DNA from: Callorhinchus milii
Taxonomy: Eukaryota
Assembly (NCBI RefSeq): GCF_018977255.1
Contig: NW_024704742.1
Span: forward strand, 138,448,001-138,512,000
Length of the DNA stretch: 64,000 nucleotides
Reading direction: 5' to 3'
Under the pieces are notes generated by a model that was not told the DNA's origin, ran no database searches, and saw only the letters and a program-made list of their open reading frames with translations. Position 1 is the first letter of the stretch. Each line of letters starts with the position of its first letter. Shown in pieces: positions 37,401-50,800 of this stretch. Both the position numbers and the translations under genes were made by a program.

Positions 37401-40400
37401 ACAGATACTTGGTAAGTAAAATATTGAAAGGGTGTATGGTGATAATGCAGGGAATTAAGTGCTCTGGGACACTATCCCGCGTAAAGGGTGAAATTTAAAT
37501 CCATGTTATGTTTAAAAATTGGGGGGGGGGGGGGGGGGGGGGGAGCGAGAGCGATGGTCAGCAGAGTATCTGACACATGTGACACACTGCGTGTATACAC
37601 GCACTCATAACATCCAGGCTTGACTATGCAAACTCCCTCCATAAGCTGCAGATCATCCAGAACTCTGCAGTCCGTGTCCTCTCCCGTACCAAGCTCCGCA
37701 ACCCTATTCCCGCACCTGACTTCACTGGCTTCCCATCACACAGATGATACAGTTCAAGATCCTGGCGCTCACTTTCAAAGCCCTCCATGGCCTTGCTTCC
37801 TCCCAACTCTGCGACTTCCTAACCCCTTATCAACCTGTCCACTCCCCCAACTCAGCAGGCTCTGTCTGGCTCCTCGTCCCCAGTCCCGGGCCGCCCCACC
37901 ATTGGTGGGCCTTCAGCCACTCTGTCCCCACCCTCTGGAACTCCATCCCGCAGTCCCTCTGCCTCGCCCCCTTCCTTGCCTACTTTAAGACCCGTCTCAA
38001 GAACCTCCTCTTAGACCGTGCCCTCGGTCACCCTCCTTCTCACCCTGGCCCCCTCCCCGATCCCGAGCTTGGGTCCAAAACACTGATTGTCCAACGCCTT
38101 GAGACATCCTCCGACAACAAAGGCGCTATACCAATTTAATTTTGTTGTTGTTTTGTTGTAGGTAAAGAGGAGTGTGGAGGAAGGAAACTTGCCCAATGTT
38201 TCACCCTAAAACCTAACCCAGGTCCTCCCGCTTGTGAGGGGAGTGCTCTAACCACTAAGCTACAGGATCTCTACCGCTATAGCAGGGATCACTCGATTAC
38301 ATTGGGAATCTTATATAAATGTAAATTGTATTGTAATTGTTTTGTTATTTCCTGTCTACACAGTATGTACAAAAGATATAAATAACCTTTTCAGCACCCA
38401 CACCACCAAAATGTCAAGTACTTGTATGCACTCGCAGCAGCCTATTTTCACACAGCAAGATGCCGTAAACAGCCATGAAGTACACAAACAATTAATGGGG
38501 AGAATTCTTGACCAGGTCATCAGGAGAAGCTATCTTCTCTACTCTAAAAGGGGCACGGGAGCTGATAACTTGCACCTGAACAGGTAGACAGGCTTTAGTT
38601 CAATGACTCATCCACAAGTCCTGTGGAGTCCTGCAGCATAGTGATTAGAGCACTCGCTCTGCAAGCGAGCGGCCCTGGGTTCGATTCCCGGGCAGGGCGA
38701 AATGTTGGGCAAGTTTTCTCACTGCACACACCTCTGTTCACCTAGCAGTAAGTAGGAACCCGGTTGTTAGTCGATTGGCGGATTGGTTTCCAGGGGTAAT
38801 AATCCCGAAGACTTGATAAGGTGCTATATCAAATACAAGGATTATTATTATTTAGATTCCTTCTAAAGAAATCTTAACCTTTGCGCAAACATGGAGGGTG
38901 GGGGGAACACTTGATAAGACAAGCTTATCAATAACATAACACTGAGACAGTCACAGAACATCCCACAGTTCAATCCCCTCCCAAAACATGGCCCACTAAC
39001 CATGAGCGCCACTACAATACTAATCCTTGCATTTGATATAGTGCATTATCACGTCTTCGAGACGTCTCAAAACACTTCACAGAATATATTGTAAAGTGTA
39101 GTGACTGTATATTTTGTGGGAGAAACCTGACATACAATTGCGTAGAGCAGTGTTCCACAAACAGTTGTGGATTGAGTGAGCAAATGATTTTTTTTAAGGG
39201 ATTATCACCCCCAAAAAAGCGGTCCGTCAATTGACTAACAACTGGGTTCCTACTTACTGCTAGGTAAACAGAAGCATGTGGAGTAAGGAAACTTGCCCAA
39301 CGTTTTGCCCTGCCCAGAAATCGAACCCAGGTCCTCTCACTTGCGAGGAGAGTGCACTATCCACTAAGCTACAGGAATCCTAAAGGAATCTTAACCTTTA
39401 CACCAACATGGAGATGGGGGTGGGGGAAAGGAGAGCAGTAAAAAAAAGACAAGCTTATCAATAAAATATCATTGGGACAGTTACACAATTTCCTACAGTT
39501 CACCGCTCCCACCCCCAAAAGACGCTCCACTAACCCTGAGGGCGACAATGTTGCAGGAAGCAGACAGCTCCATTCTAGCAGGTTTAGTAAAGGCTCCAGG
39601 AGTCTGTGCTCCACTGTTTGGCAGAGAAGGAAAGCAGCCTGGTCCTGCAGGGAGGTCACTGCCGCTAAAGTATCGGAGTACACTTCCACTCCACAGTCAT
39701 TCACAATTGCACCCAGCCGCTTTCAACTGCAGCCCAAGTACATTCTGCAGAAAAGCCTGGCTGTCTGGAACAACAAGCAGCTGGCATGGCGCCAGGCTGT
39801 AGTAAAGACAGCCTCCTCAGGCCCCATTGACATGTTCTTTTGCTTGTTGTCTCTGTGCAACAGACACAAAGCTCGCTTTAAATCTGCAGGACCACCTTAT
39901 AATGACTCTCCTCCCTTTGTCAGACAACACAGCATGGAACACTGCACTACTGGTTAGTACTCCTGCTTCACAAGCGAGAGAACCTGGGTTTGATGCCCGG
40001 TTTGATTCCCGGGCAGGGCGAAACCTTAGGCATGTTTCCTTACTCCACACGCCGTTTACGTAGCAGTAAGTAGGAACTAGTTTCTAGGTCGACTGGCGGA
40101 TCGCTTTTCCGTCGGTAATAATTTCCACCAAAAATATAGATAAGAATTATTTGATCACTCAATCCACGACTGTTTGTGGGACACTGTTGTGCGCAATTGG
40201 CAATTGTTTTGCCCACAAAATATAGTCACTCACTTTACAATATATTCTGTGAAGCGCTTTGAGACATCTTGAAGATGTGATGAGGCGCTATATCAAATAC
40301 AAGGATTATTATTATTGTTATTATTACAATGCTGTGCCTGGGCTTCGTGCCTGGTACAGATCCTCCCCCACCTCCACCCCACCGGGCCCCGCTGCTCTCA

Positions 40401-41840
40401 ATGTAGAATGGATTTGTGTACAATCCTGTCACTTCTAGGACTCCTGCTTGAATCAACAACAATTTGCACTTCTAAATTGTCTTTCAAGTATGATACATAT
40501 TTTGAAGCACTTCACAACACTTATTCAGCACCTCTTACTTAGGGGAACTGCCATATCAACTTGTCCGCCCTCACTTACCTCCTTTAAGGCATGTCTCTTC
40601 AACCGCACCTTCAGTCACCCTCCTACACCTACCCTCCCTGCCCTTCACCCCTCCTGATCCCAACCCCCAGCTCAGGTACAAATCCCTGACTCCTGCCTTG
40701 GGATGTCCTCCCGATGTGAAAGGCGTTATACAAATATAACTGAAGTATTTCACAATGATGATGGGAATAACTGAGCAGGAAGGAGAGGAAGGCTGAATGG
40801 AGGTTTTTTTTAAAACAGGGTTTAAAGGCAGAGAGAGTAGCGAAGCAAAGGAACTTAGAAAGTTGTAGCAAGCTGCGGTATAGTGAATGAATTTTGGAGC
40901 GCTGTTAGTGTGATGGAAAGCGGAATGTGCAGTAGACGAGTGTGAGAAAAACAGAGGGTACAGGCAGGAGAAAGCAGGGAGGGAAGAGATCATGAAAGGA
41001 TTTGAAATTCAGGATATGGATCATGACCACTGCAAAACAGGGGGCTTCCTGAGCAAGCTGTTGCAGGACAGAATCTGGACTGCAGAGGTTTGGATCAGTT
41101 TGGGAATATAGAGGTGCAGCTATCGGTCAATAACAACTTGCATTTATATGGTGACCCTCACGCAGAGTAGCGTCCCAGAGCACTTGACAGTGGCGGAGCA
41201 CGATGCCGAGCCAGGGGGAGGTGACTGTAGGCACTGTCGAAGAGGAAGGTCTTTAGGAGGGGGAAATTCGGAGGGATAGAGGAAGAGTGTTCCAGAGTTT
41301 CAGGACGTAGTGGCTGAAAGCGAGACCACCGATGGTGGAACGGAGGGCACAAGGGACATGCAGGAGCTGGAGCAAGACGAGCGGAGGCAGCGGGTAATGG
41401 GTTGGGGAGTAAGAAAGCTGGAGAGGTAAGGAGTGCCAAGGCATGAAGAGATTTGAAAACGAGTGTGACGGTCTTGAAATCCGGAGGTGATGAACTCAAA
41501 TTTCAGCAAAGAGAGCACTGGGAGAATCCAGCGAGACTGATGGAATGAAATGAAGAGTGATTTGAAAAGTTGTTAACAATGGCACAGACACGATGGGCAG
41601 AATGGCCTCCTTCTGAATGGACATGCTGAGCATGTCTCTGTTTCTATGTGTATTATGGAGAAGATTCCTGTTTTTGCAAGGCACCATTATTCACCTTGAT
41701 TAACATGGAAAAAATGCCATACGAATGTAAAAAATGCAATCTGTTAGCCAGGCCACGCTCCACGAGGAACCATTACATCTTCAGCAATGCAGACAGCAGG
41801 ATGGAGAGATCCCCTCAGGCCATACTTATGAATAGTTCAT

Positions 41841-41871
<31 letters not shown>

Positions 41872-44800
41872 GAAAACGCTACCAGCTGAAACTACGGGTC
41901 AGGAGGTAAAGCAAAGAACGTTACATTCCATACCCACATATTTGGTGGTGAAATCACATTTCTTATGGTCAGCGCTGGATTTGAATTTGTGTAACAGGAA
42001 AAAAATGCTAGGACAAAGCATCTTCTTTTGAAATGTACATATACGTAACCCAGGAAGGGGAGGGGGGCTTGATAACTCCCCTAAGCCTTCCCAGAACCAC
42101 AATGATTGTGTAAGAAAAGAAATGCAACATTTGGAGATGTATTAGAGAAAAGTCGGGGATTTCAATCACAAGGACCTCTTCAGATTGGGTTCATTCAAAA
42201 TCCTGACCAGAGAGCAGAGCTCTGAACCTCCTGATCACAATCCTTTTGTAATAATTTCCTCCCAACTATTCTTATTTATAATCTCTTCATTTCTTTTCTG
42301 GGGTAAATGGGGTTTGGTGAGATTATGCTATAATTATCCTTGCATTTTTGATATCGTGGTTATCACTGTAAGGCGAATTGACTCTGTATTTTGTGGGTGA
42401 AACATGGCAGCCAAATGCGCACAGCAGTGTCCCACAAACAGTCGTGGATTGAGTGACCAAATTATCATTTTTTAAAATATTTTTCTTTGAATGGATTATA
42501 ACCTCTGGAAAAACGATCCGCCAATCGACTAACAACCGGGTTCCTACTTATTGCTGGGTAACCAAAGGCGTGAAGAGTAAGGAAACTTACCTAACGTTTC
42601 ACCCTGCCCAAGTATCGAACCCAGGTTATGGGTATCAGGGCCTCTCGCTTGCGAGGCAAGTGCCCGAACCAACAGGAAACTGCAGGACACCACAGTTTAA
42701 GTTTAAGACTAATTGCTGTGGAAAATTGTCCTGAACTCATTGGATAAATCCTTTTCTATTTGTGCTGGTTTTGTTTCCCCAATCTTAATGCAAATTAAAA
42801 CCTCCTAATTTTACAATCTTGTTTTTCTTACAAGTTGTGCCAATCTGGTTATACCTAACTTCCTCTGCTAAATCCTCAGAAGGTCTTGGAAATATTCCAG
42901 TGGTGATTTGTATCATTTCCTCTTCTTTGCATCCTTTCCTAGTCAATAATCCTCTAAGTTAATTGGTCATTCATTTCATGGTTGTGTGGGGGATCTTGTT
43001 GTTCACAGAATGATTACACATTAAGATGTTTTGACATTATAGCACTATGTCAAATGCAATTATTGTTCAACTGATTTTCCAGCCTATATTCTGGTATATA
43101 GTTGTCAAATCTTATTATAATAATCCCTGCATTTGATATAGCGCCTATCACGTCTTTCAAGAATATACTGTAAAGTGTAGCGACTGTATACTTTGTGGGC
43201 GAAACACAGCAGTCAATTGCACACAGCAGTGTCCCACAAGCAGTCGTGGATTGAGTGAACAAATTATTTATTTATTTTACGGGTGTGGGGGGAAGGATTA
43301 TTACTCTTCCGCCAAAGCGATCCGTCAATTGACTAACAACTGGGTTCCTACTTACTGCTAGGTAAACAGGTTTGTGGAATATGGAAACTTGCCTCAGGTT
43401 TTGTCCTGCCTGGGAATTGAACCCGGGTCCTCTCAAGGTCTTTGTAATTGCTATCATGTTCAGTTAGATTCAATGCTCAGTTCCTGATTATATGCAACAC
43501 TTCCAGGATTAATAAACGCTTTGCTTGATTGATACCTTTCCACTTCTCAGTTGCAGTACCTCTTTTCTCTGTTAGCTTCCTATGGTAAATAACATCTGGT
43601 AAGAAAGAAACCTCAACTACCTCTTTTCTGTGGTACGATTTTAAATTCTGCTCCATTGGTAGCAGTTAAGTTTGATTTAGGGAAAACGTGTCCTTTGGCA
43701 GAAAAGATAATAATAATCCTTGCATTTGATAAAGCACCTGATCAAGTCTTCTAGACGTCTCAAAGTGTTTCACAGAATTTACTGTAAAGTGAATTGACTG
43801 TATATTTTGTGGGCGAATTGCGACAGCCAATTGCGCACAGCAGTGCGCTAACAAACAGCTGTGGATTGAATGACCAAATTATTATTTTTTTAAATATTTT
43901 TTAAAGAGATTACTACTCCCGGAAAAGCAATCCAACAATCAACTAACAACCGAGTTCCAATTTTTCTGCTAGGTGAATAGAGTTGTGTGGAGTAAGGAAA
44001 TTTGCCCGACATTTCACCCTACCCAGGAATTGAACCCAGGTTGTCGGGTTGCGAGGCGAGTGCTCTCACTAACCAGGATGCTACTGGATTCTACCTGACC
44101 ATTAACTGCTGAGAGATGTCAGTGTGAAAAATATTTCTGATTTATGCACCAATTTTGACCTCACCTCCTCTTTGAAAGCACTGCTCAGTCGCTGACACTG
44201 TTGCCTCTGGGTCAGAAGATTGTGGGTTCAACCCCTACGGGGACATTGAGCTCACAGTTCAGGCTGACACCCTAGTCCAGTACTGAGGAAGTGCTGTATT
44301 GGTGGAGGTGCTGCCTGTCAGATTAGATGTTCTGTCAGTTTGTAAGGGTGAATATTAAAGATCCTGCAACATTTTGGGAAAATAGAAGGGAGTTTCTCCC
44401 AAATCCCTGACTGACAATCTTTACAGATTAATAGGTCATTCATTCAATAGCTATTTCATGAATCATAGAATTATACAGCACAGAAGGGGCCATTCGGCCC
44501 ATCGTGTCTGTGCCAGCTCTTTAAAAAGAGCTATCTAAATCAATCCCACTCCATCACTCTCTCCCCATGGCCCTGCAAACTTGTCCTCCCTAAATAAATA
44601 TCTATTTCTCTCTTAAAAGTTGTTATCGAATCGGCTTCCGACACCCTTTCAGGCTGTCGTGTTTGCCTATAAACTGCACTTGATGGTAATTCCTTCTGAA
44701 ACACTTTAGTATAATAATAATCCTTGCATTTGATATCACGTCATTGAGACGTCTCAAATCCCTTCGCAAAATATACTGTAAAGTGAACTTACTGTACAGT

Positions 44801-47800
44801 TTATGGGCAAAATGCAGCAGCGGATTGCGTGCAGCAGTGACCCACAAACATCCTGGATTGAGTGACCAAATTATTACTGTTTTTTAAAAAAATTGTTTTT
44901 AAAAGGGATTATTACGCCCTAAATGTGATTCGCCAATCGACTGACAAGCGGGTTCCTACTTACTGCTAGGTAAACAGAGGTGTGTGGAGTAAGGAAACTT
45001 GCCTATCGTTTCGCCCTGCCCAGGAACCGAAGGACCCAGGTCCTCTCGCTTGTGAGGCAAGTACTCTAACCAATATGCTCCAATATTTATTGAAGATTAA
45101 TAGCATTTATCTTCAAATCATTTGTTAAAAAAACAAAGTTGTGATTAATTTCAGTAGGCTTCTAAATAACAATCCTGACAATCTGCTAAATCTGACTTTC
45201 CTGTAGAATCAAATACTGTAGAATCCAACAAGGACAGATGCCAGTTACGATGAGCAGTAATGATGTCTATCAAATGATGAGTCACTGAGTAACATTTTTG
45301 ATGTGGTAAGATGATATAAAAATGCAAATTCTTTCTTAGTTTTGATTCTCACTACACTGGACTGTCAGCTCGGCTGTTAGGTGGCACTTTCTCCTATGTC
45401 TGTGTCAGAAGAATATATGATTAAATCCCAAGTTGGGACCACTAGCTTGGGTAACCAACCAGCAATGGACGCTTCCTGGGTACCTAATTCCTCAAAGTAT
45501 TGGGCACAGGTTGGCAAGAGCAAAGGCTTGGAGACCCCATAGTTTGCATTGGGGTATAGCTAACCAGCTAAACCCACACAGCTTGCAGCACAGTATTAGG
45601 GGAGCACTGCATTGTCGGAGGTGCCATCCTTCAAATGAGATGTTGAGCCAAAAGTGTGGAGTCCTACAGCTCAGTGGTTAGAGTACTCGCCTCTCAAGCG
45701 AGACACCTGGGTTCGATTCCCGGCAGTGGGAAATGTTGGGCAAGTTTCCATACTCCACACGCCTATTTACCGAGCAGCAAATAAGAACCCGGTTGTCAGT
45801 CGATTCAACGATCGCTTTTCTGGGGGTAAAAATTCCTTAAAAAAAAATTGGTTCAATCTATGACTGTTTGTGGGCACTGCTGTGTGCAATTGGTTGCCGC
45901 AATTTTCCCACAAAATATACAGTCAATTACAGTATATTCTATGAAGCGTCTTGAGACATCTCAAAGACGTGATAAGGCGCTATATCAAATGCAAGGGTTA
46001 TTATAAATAAAATTCTACCTATCTATTTTTCAGATTGATGTTAAAGATCCCATCATACTATTAATAAAGGGAACAGAGTTTCTTCCTATGTTCTGGCCGA
46101 AATGCTTTCAGATAAACGTTTTGCTCTGCCTAGGAATCGAACCCAGGTCCTCTCACTTGCAAGGCAAGTGCTGTAACCATTAAGCTACAGGACTCCAACA
46201 TCCTCAGTGTGGTAAAGGACGGGCTAATTCTGAAGCTTGTGGCGGCTTCAGCAGTTGCACATGAAAGACAACAAATAAATAAATAAATAAATAAAATAAA
46301 AACAAATAAATCTTACAGTTCAGGAAAGTCGCAGGTTCTTCACTGAGGCTGGCCCTAGCCGCAACAAAAATTAAGGAACAAAACAGTGCCATCCCTTAGG
46401 CTAGGAAAGGGGAAATCAAGCGGAGGTTCTCTCTCTTTTGATTTGTCACCTAGAGACTCCTAGGAACCCACACAGCATAAGATGACACACGCAGGATCAA
46501 GTCAATCCTCTGTGGCTATCTTGTAGTCTAGTGCTTAAGATGACACTGCAATGAAGGGCTGGAGTGTCTGTCTTGTATTGTCAGAGGTGTTGTGATTTGG
46601 ATGAGATGTTAAACCGAGGTGCTGTCTGTCTGTTCTGGGAGATTAAAGATTCCATGGTGCTGTGGGGAAGAGAAGGGAGTTTCTCCCGCCGACCTGGCCA
46701 ACAATTCCCCCCCAAAAAATTGGTCAATTGTTTCATAGCGGTTTGAGGGGCATTGCTGTGCTGCTGAGTTTGCCTACACGTACAACCACTCCATTTCACA
46801 GTAAATGCTGTGAAGTGTTTTAAGACGTCCTTCCAACGTGATAAGGCGCTATATCGATTGTAAGGATTATTATGAAGCTGTTCTGCCATTTTACTCCATC
46901 GTGGCAGATCTTTTAATCCCATTTCTCTGCCTTTTCTCCATTCTCCTTACGGAATGTCGGAATCGAATCAATCCTCTGCGGCATTCTCGGTAGATTAGTT
47001 CCTGAGTCAGGCAGGTCCGCAGTACTCCGGGGCACTGACAGACCAGCCAGTCTGATTCATCTCCAGGACTTGAAGCAGCTGACTGGTCAGTGGGAGCAGA
47101 ATTCTTACCACTTAGCAGCTGCTAACCCTGCAAGCCAAAGGCCTAATGGGTAGGATGGTTGTAGCTGGACAAGCAGCGGGCAAATTTGCTAGAGAATACT
47201 CTCATCGGCAAGCAATGCGGTTTTATTGGTTAAACTCCTCTCTGGGGTTCCCCAAGCCTTGGCTCTTGCCAACCTGCACTTAATGCTATCTGTAATCAGA
47301 TAAGAAGCAGGATGCGCCCCTCTAGGGAGAAGGTGCATTCCATTCCAGATACAGGAAAATTTCCAACTGTAGGTGCCATACATATGTGGAGTCCTGTAGC
47401 TCAGTGGTTAGAGTACTCGCCTTGCAAGCGAGAGATCTGGGTTTGATTCCCAGCAGGGCGAAACATCGGGCAAGTTTCCTTACTCCACACGCCTCTGTTT
47501 ACCTAGCAGTAAGTAGGAACCGAGTTGTTAAGTCAGTTGGCGGATCGCCTTTCCAGGGGTGATAATTCCTTCAAAAAAAACTAATAAATTGGTCACTCTA
47601 TCCATGACTGTTTGTGGGACATTGCTATGTGCAATTGGCTGCCGTGTTTTGCCCACAAAATATACAGTCAATTCACTTTACAGTATATTCCGTGAAGTGC
47701 TTTGAGAAATCTCGAAGATGTGAAAAGGCGCTATATCAAATGCAAGGATTATTATTATTATTATTATTATATCAAATGCAAGGATTATTATAATATTGGA

Positions 47801-50800
47801 TATCTTGAACATGGCAATGGCATTACACTTGGCTAACATAGCAATGGCATTAAATCTGGCTGACCAAAGAAAATGAAGTATCTCTCTATTCCATTCTCAG
47901 CCCCCTCTGTGTGAAGAAATATTTTCTGATCTCACGTGGAACTGGCTCTAATTTTAATTATTCCCTTAGATCGCTCTACAATAGTAAATCACCCACTCTA
48001 ACTTGCCATTTTCCTTCATTGTTTAAACACCTCAATCAGATCACCTTTTTACCTCCTTAGCTTTAAAGATCATCAACCAACTCTACCCAAACTCTCATTG
48101 TAGATAAACTCCTCAGGATTCACTAATTCTGCAAAATGGCTGCCATACAATGGGACAGCCTTTCACTGCAGTCTACTCTCTTTCTGCTGATATAATAAGA
48201 TGTTAAATAAGCAGAAAATAAAGCAACAGGAAAGAGTCAAAGTCTAGGTAACACTGCTCGACACTGGGATTCACGTTTGCTCCAGATCTGTGGTGGCCAG
48301 CCTTTATAGTCAGCCAATATTTTCTTGATTATCTATTTGTGAATTTATATAATAATCCTTGTACTTGATATAGCGCCTTATCACATCTCTGAGACGTGTC
48401 AAAGTGCTTTACAGTGTATATTTTAAAGTGAATTGAGTGTATATTTTGTGGGTGAAACTATAAATACTATAAATCAAGAAATATTCAAATCAAGAAAACA
48501 ATCAAGAAATATTCAAATCGATCAAACACAGACTTACCTAGAATCATGCAAATGTTAGGGAGGACTGCCTCTTGACAGCCCACGGGCCACAGATTGTCCA
48601 CCACTGCTCTAGATCAATGAATCCTCAACTGTTTGTGGAACACTATTGTGCGCAACTGGCTGCCGTGTTTCACCAACAAAATATATGGTCAATTCACTTC
48701 ACTCTCAAAGACGGGATAATCCTGGAGGCGAAGAACAACCCCAGGCTTCTGTTTTCTACCACATCCCGACTCCTCCGTACCCCCCGCCACCCCACTCCAC
48801 TTCTTATCTCTCAGCTCCACCTCCTTGCCCCACATATCACAGACATCGTCAACCTGTCCCTCTCCTCTGGCTCTGTTCCCATTCCCCTAAAAACTGCCAT
48901 TATCACTCCCACTTTGAAAAAACCCTCCCTTGATGTGTCGCAGCTATCAATCTCCGGCCCATCTCCAACCTCCCCGTCCTGTCCAAGGTCCTTGAAAGAG
49001 TTGTCGCCTCCCAGCTGCGCTCTTTCCTCTCCACCCATTCATTATTCGAACCCCTTCAGTCGGGTTTCCGTGCTGCCCATAGCACAGAAACCACCCTGGT
49101 CAAGGTCACCAATGACATCCTGACCATCTGCGACCAGGGCTCCCTCTGCCTCCTCGTCCTCCTCGATCTATCGGCCGCATTCGATACGGTCGACCACGCT
49201 ATCCTCCACCGCTTGTCCTCCCACCTCAACCTTCAAGGCCCTGTCCTTGAGTGGTTTAGGTCGTACCTCTCCCACCGTCTTCATTTTGTTTCCACACACG
49301 GCTTTTCCTCCGGCCCCCGCACTGTCTCGTGCGGTGTCCCTCAGGACTCTGTCCTCGGTCCCCTCCCCTTCACCCTCTATATGCTCCCCCTGTGGTGACA
49401 TCATCCGCAAACATGGGGTTAACTTCCACATGTATGTGGATGACACCCAACTCTACCTTTCCTCCTCTACCCTCAACTCCACGACCCCCGATGTCCTGAC
49501 AGCTGTCTGTCCGTCATCGAGTCCTGGACGAGAGAAAACTTTCTTCAGCTCAACGTGCACAAAACTGAGGCCCTCCTGATTGGCTCACGTCAGCGCCTCC
49601 GCACCTCAGGCGCTGACAGCATCAGCATCCAAGGCTGCACTCTCCACCTCTCAAAGCCATCAGGAACCTCGGGGTTCCCCTCGACCCTGAGCTGTCCTTC
49701 CTCCCTCATATCCGCGTCACAACTGGCACCGCCTTCCATCACCTCCAGAACATCGCCAGACTACGGCACTACCTCACCCCTCACGCGGCTGAAACTCTGG
49801 TCCACACCTTTATCAGCTCAAGGCTGGACTTTGGGAACTCTCTCCTCGCCGGCCTTCCCGGCCCTCCCTCCACACTGCAGGTCATTCAGAACTCTGCAGC
49901 TCGTGTACTGTCCCACACCAGACACCGCGACCACATCACTCCCACCCTCACCCTCGCCCTCGCCCTCACCCTCACCATCACTCCCACCCTCGCCCTCACC
50001 CTCACCATCACTCCCACCCTCGCTCGCCTCCACTGGCTCCCCATCCCCCAGAGGATCGAATTCAAGATCCTCATCCTCACCTACAAGGCCATTCACGGCC
50101 TCGCTCCCTCCTACCTCTCTGACCTACTATCCCCCTCCCTACCTGCCCATACCCTCCGTCCTTCTGGCTCCAGTCTGCTCCACATCCCCCGCCCCAACCG
50201 CCCTACCATCGGTGGCCTTCAGCCTCTCAGCCCCGAGGCTCTGGAACTCTATCCCCAGTGCCTTCGCCGCTTCCTCCCTTTCCTCCTTCAAGGCCGGTCT
50301 CAAGACCTTTCTTTTTGACCTTCAGCCTTCAGCTCCCCTCTCGACTCTCTACCCCCTCCTCGCTCCCTCCCTTCCCTCACCATTTCCCCCCTGCTCGGGT
50401 CCTGACCCAACTGTTCAGCGCCTTGGGATGTCCTCCCGACGTGAAAGGCGCTCTTTAAATGAAATCTTGTTGTTGTTGTGATAATAATAATCCTTGCATT
50501 TGATATAGCGCCTGATCACGTCTTCGAGATGACTCAAAGCACTTCACAGAATATACTGTAAAGTGAATTGACTATATATTTTGTGGGCGCAACGCGGCAG
50601 CCAATTGCGCACAGAGCAGTGTCTCACAAACAGCCACGGATTGAAGTGACCAATTTTCTTTTGAAGGAATTATTACACCCGGATAAGTGATCCATCAATC
50701 GACTAACAGCCAGGTTCCTACTTACTGCTGAGTAAACAGAGGCGTGTGGAGTAAGCAAACTTGCCCAACGTTTTGCCCTGTTCGGGAATCAAACCCAGGT

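Noticed and set aside
47386..47460. tRNA-Ala-like sequence (and equivalents in other copies)
   Set aside because: It is the SINE head: it runs into the SINE body, lacks a proper acceptor stem and has dozens of diverged copies.
48533..48612. Perfect minus-strand donor AG-GTAAGT in intron 2 suggesting an extra RICTOR exon
   Set aside because: The upstream sequence looks like a hAT end (CAGTGGTGGACAATCTGTGGCCC) with no good acceptor, and exons 2-3 already join in frame.
49555..50481. Long Ser/Pro-rich ORFs (308 aa; also 13023-13655, 24872-25642, 15353-16138)
   Set aside because: Off-frame or partial readings of C-rich L2 sequence and internal minisatellites, not host genes.
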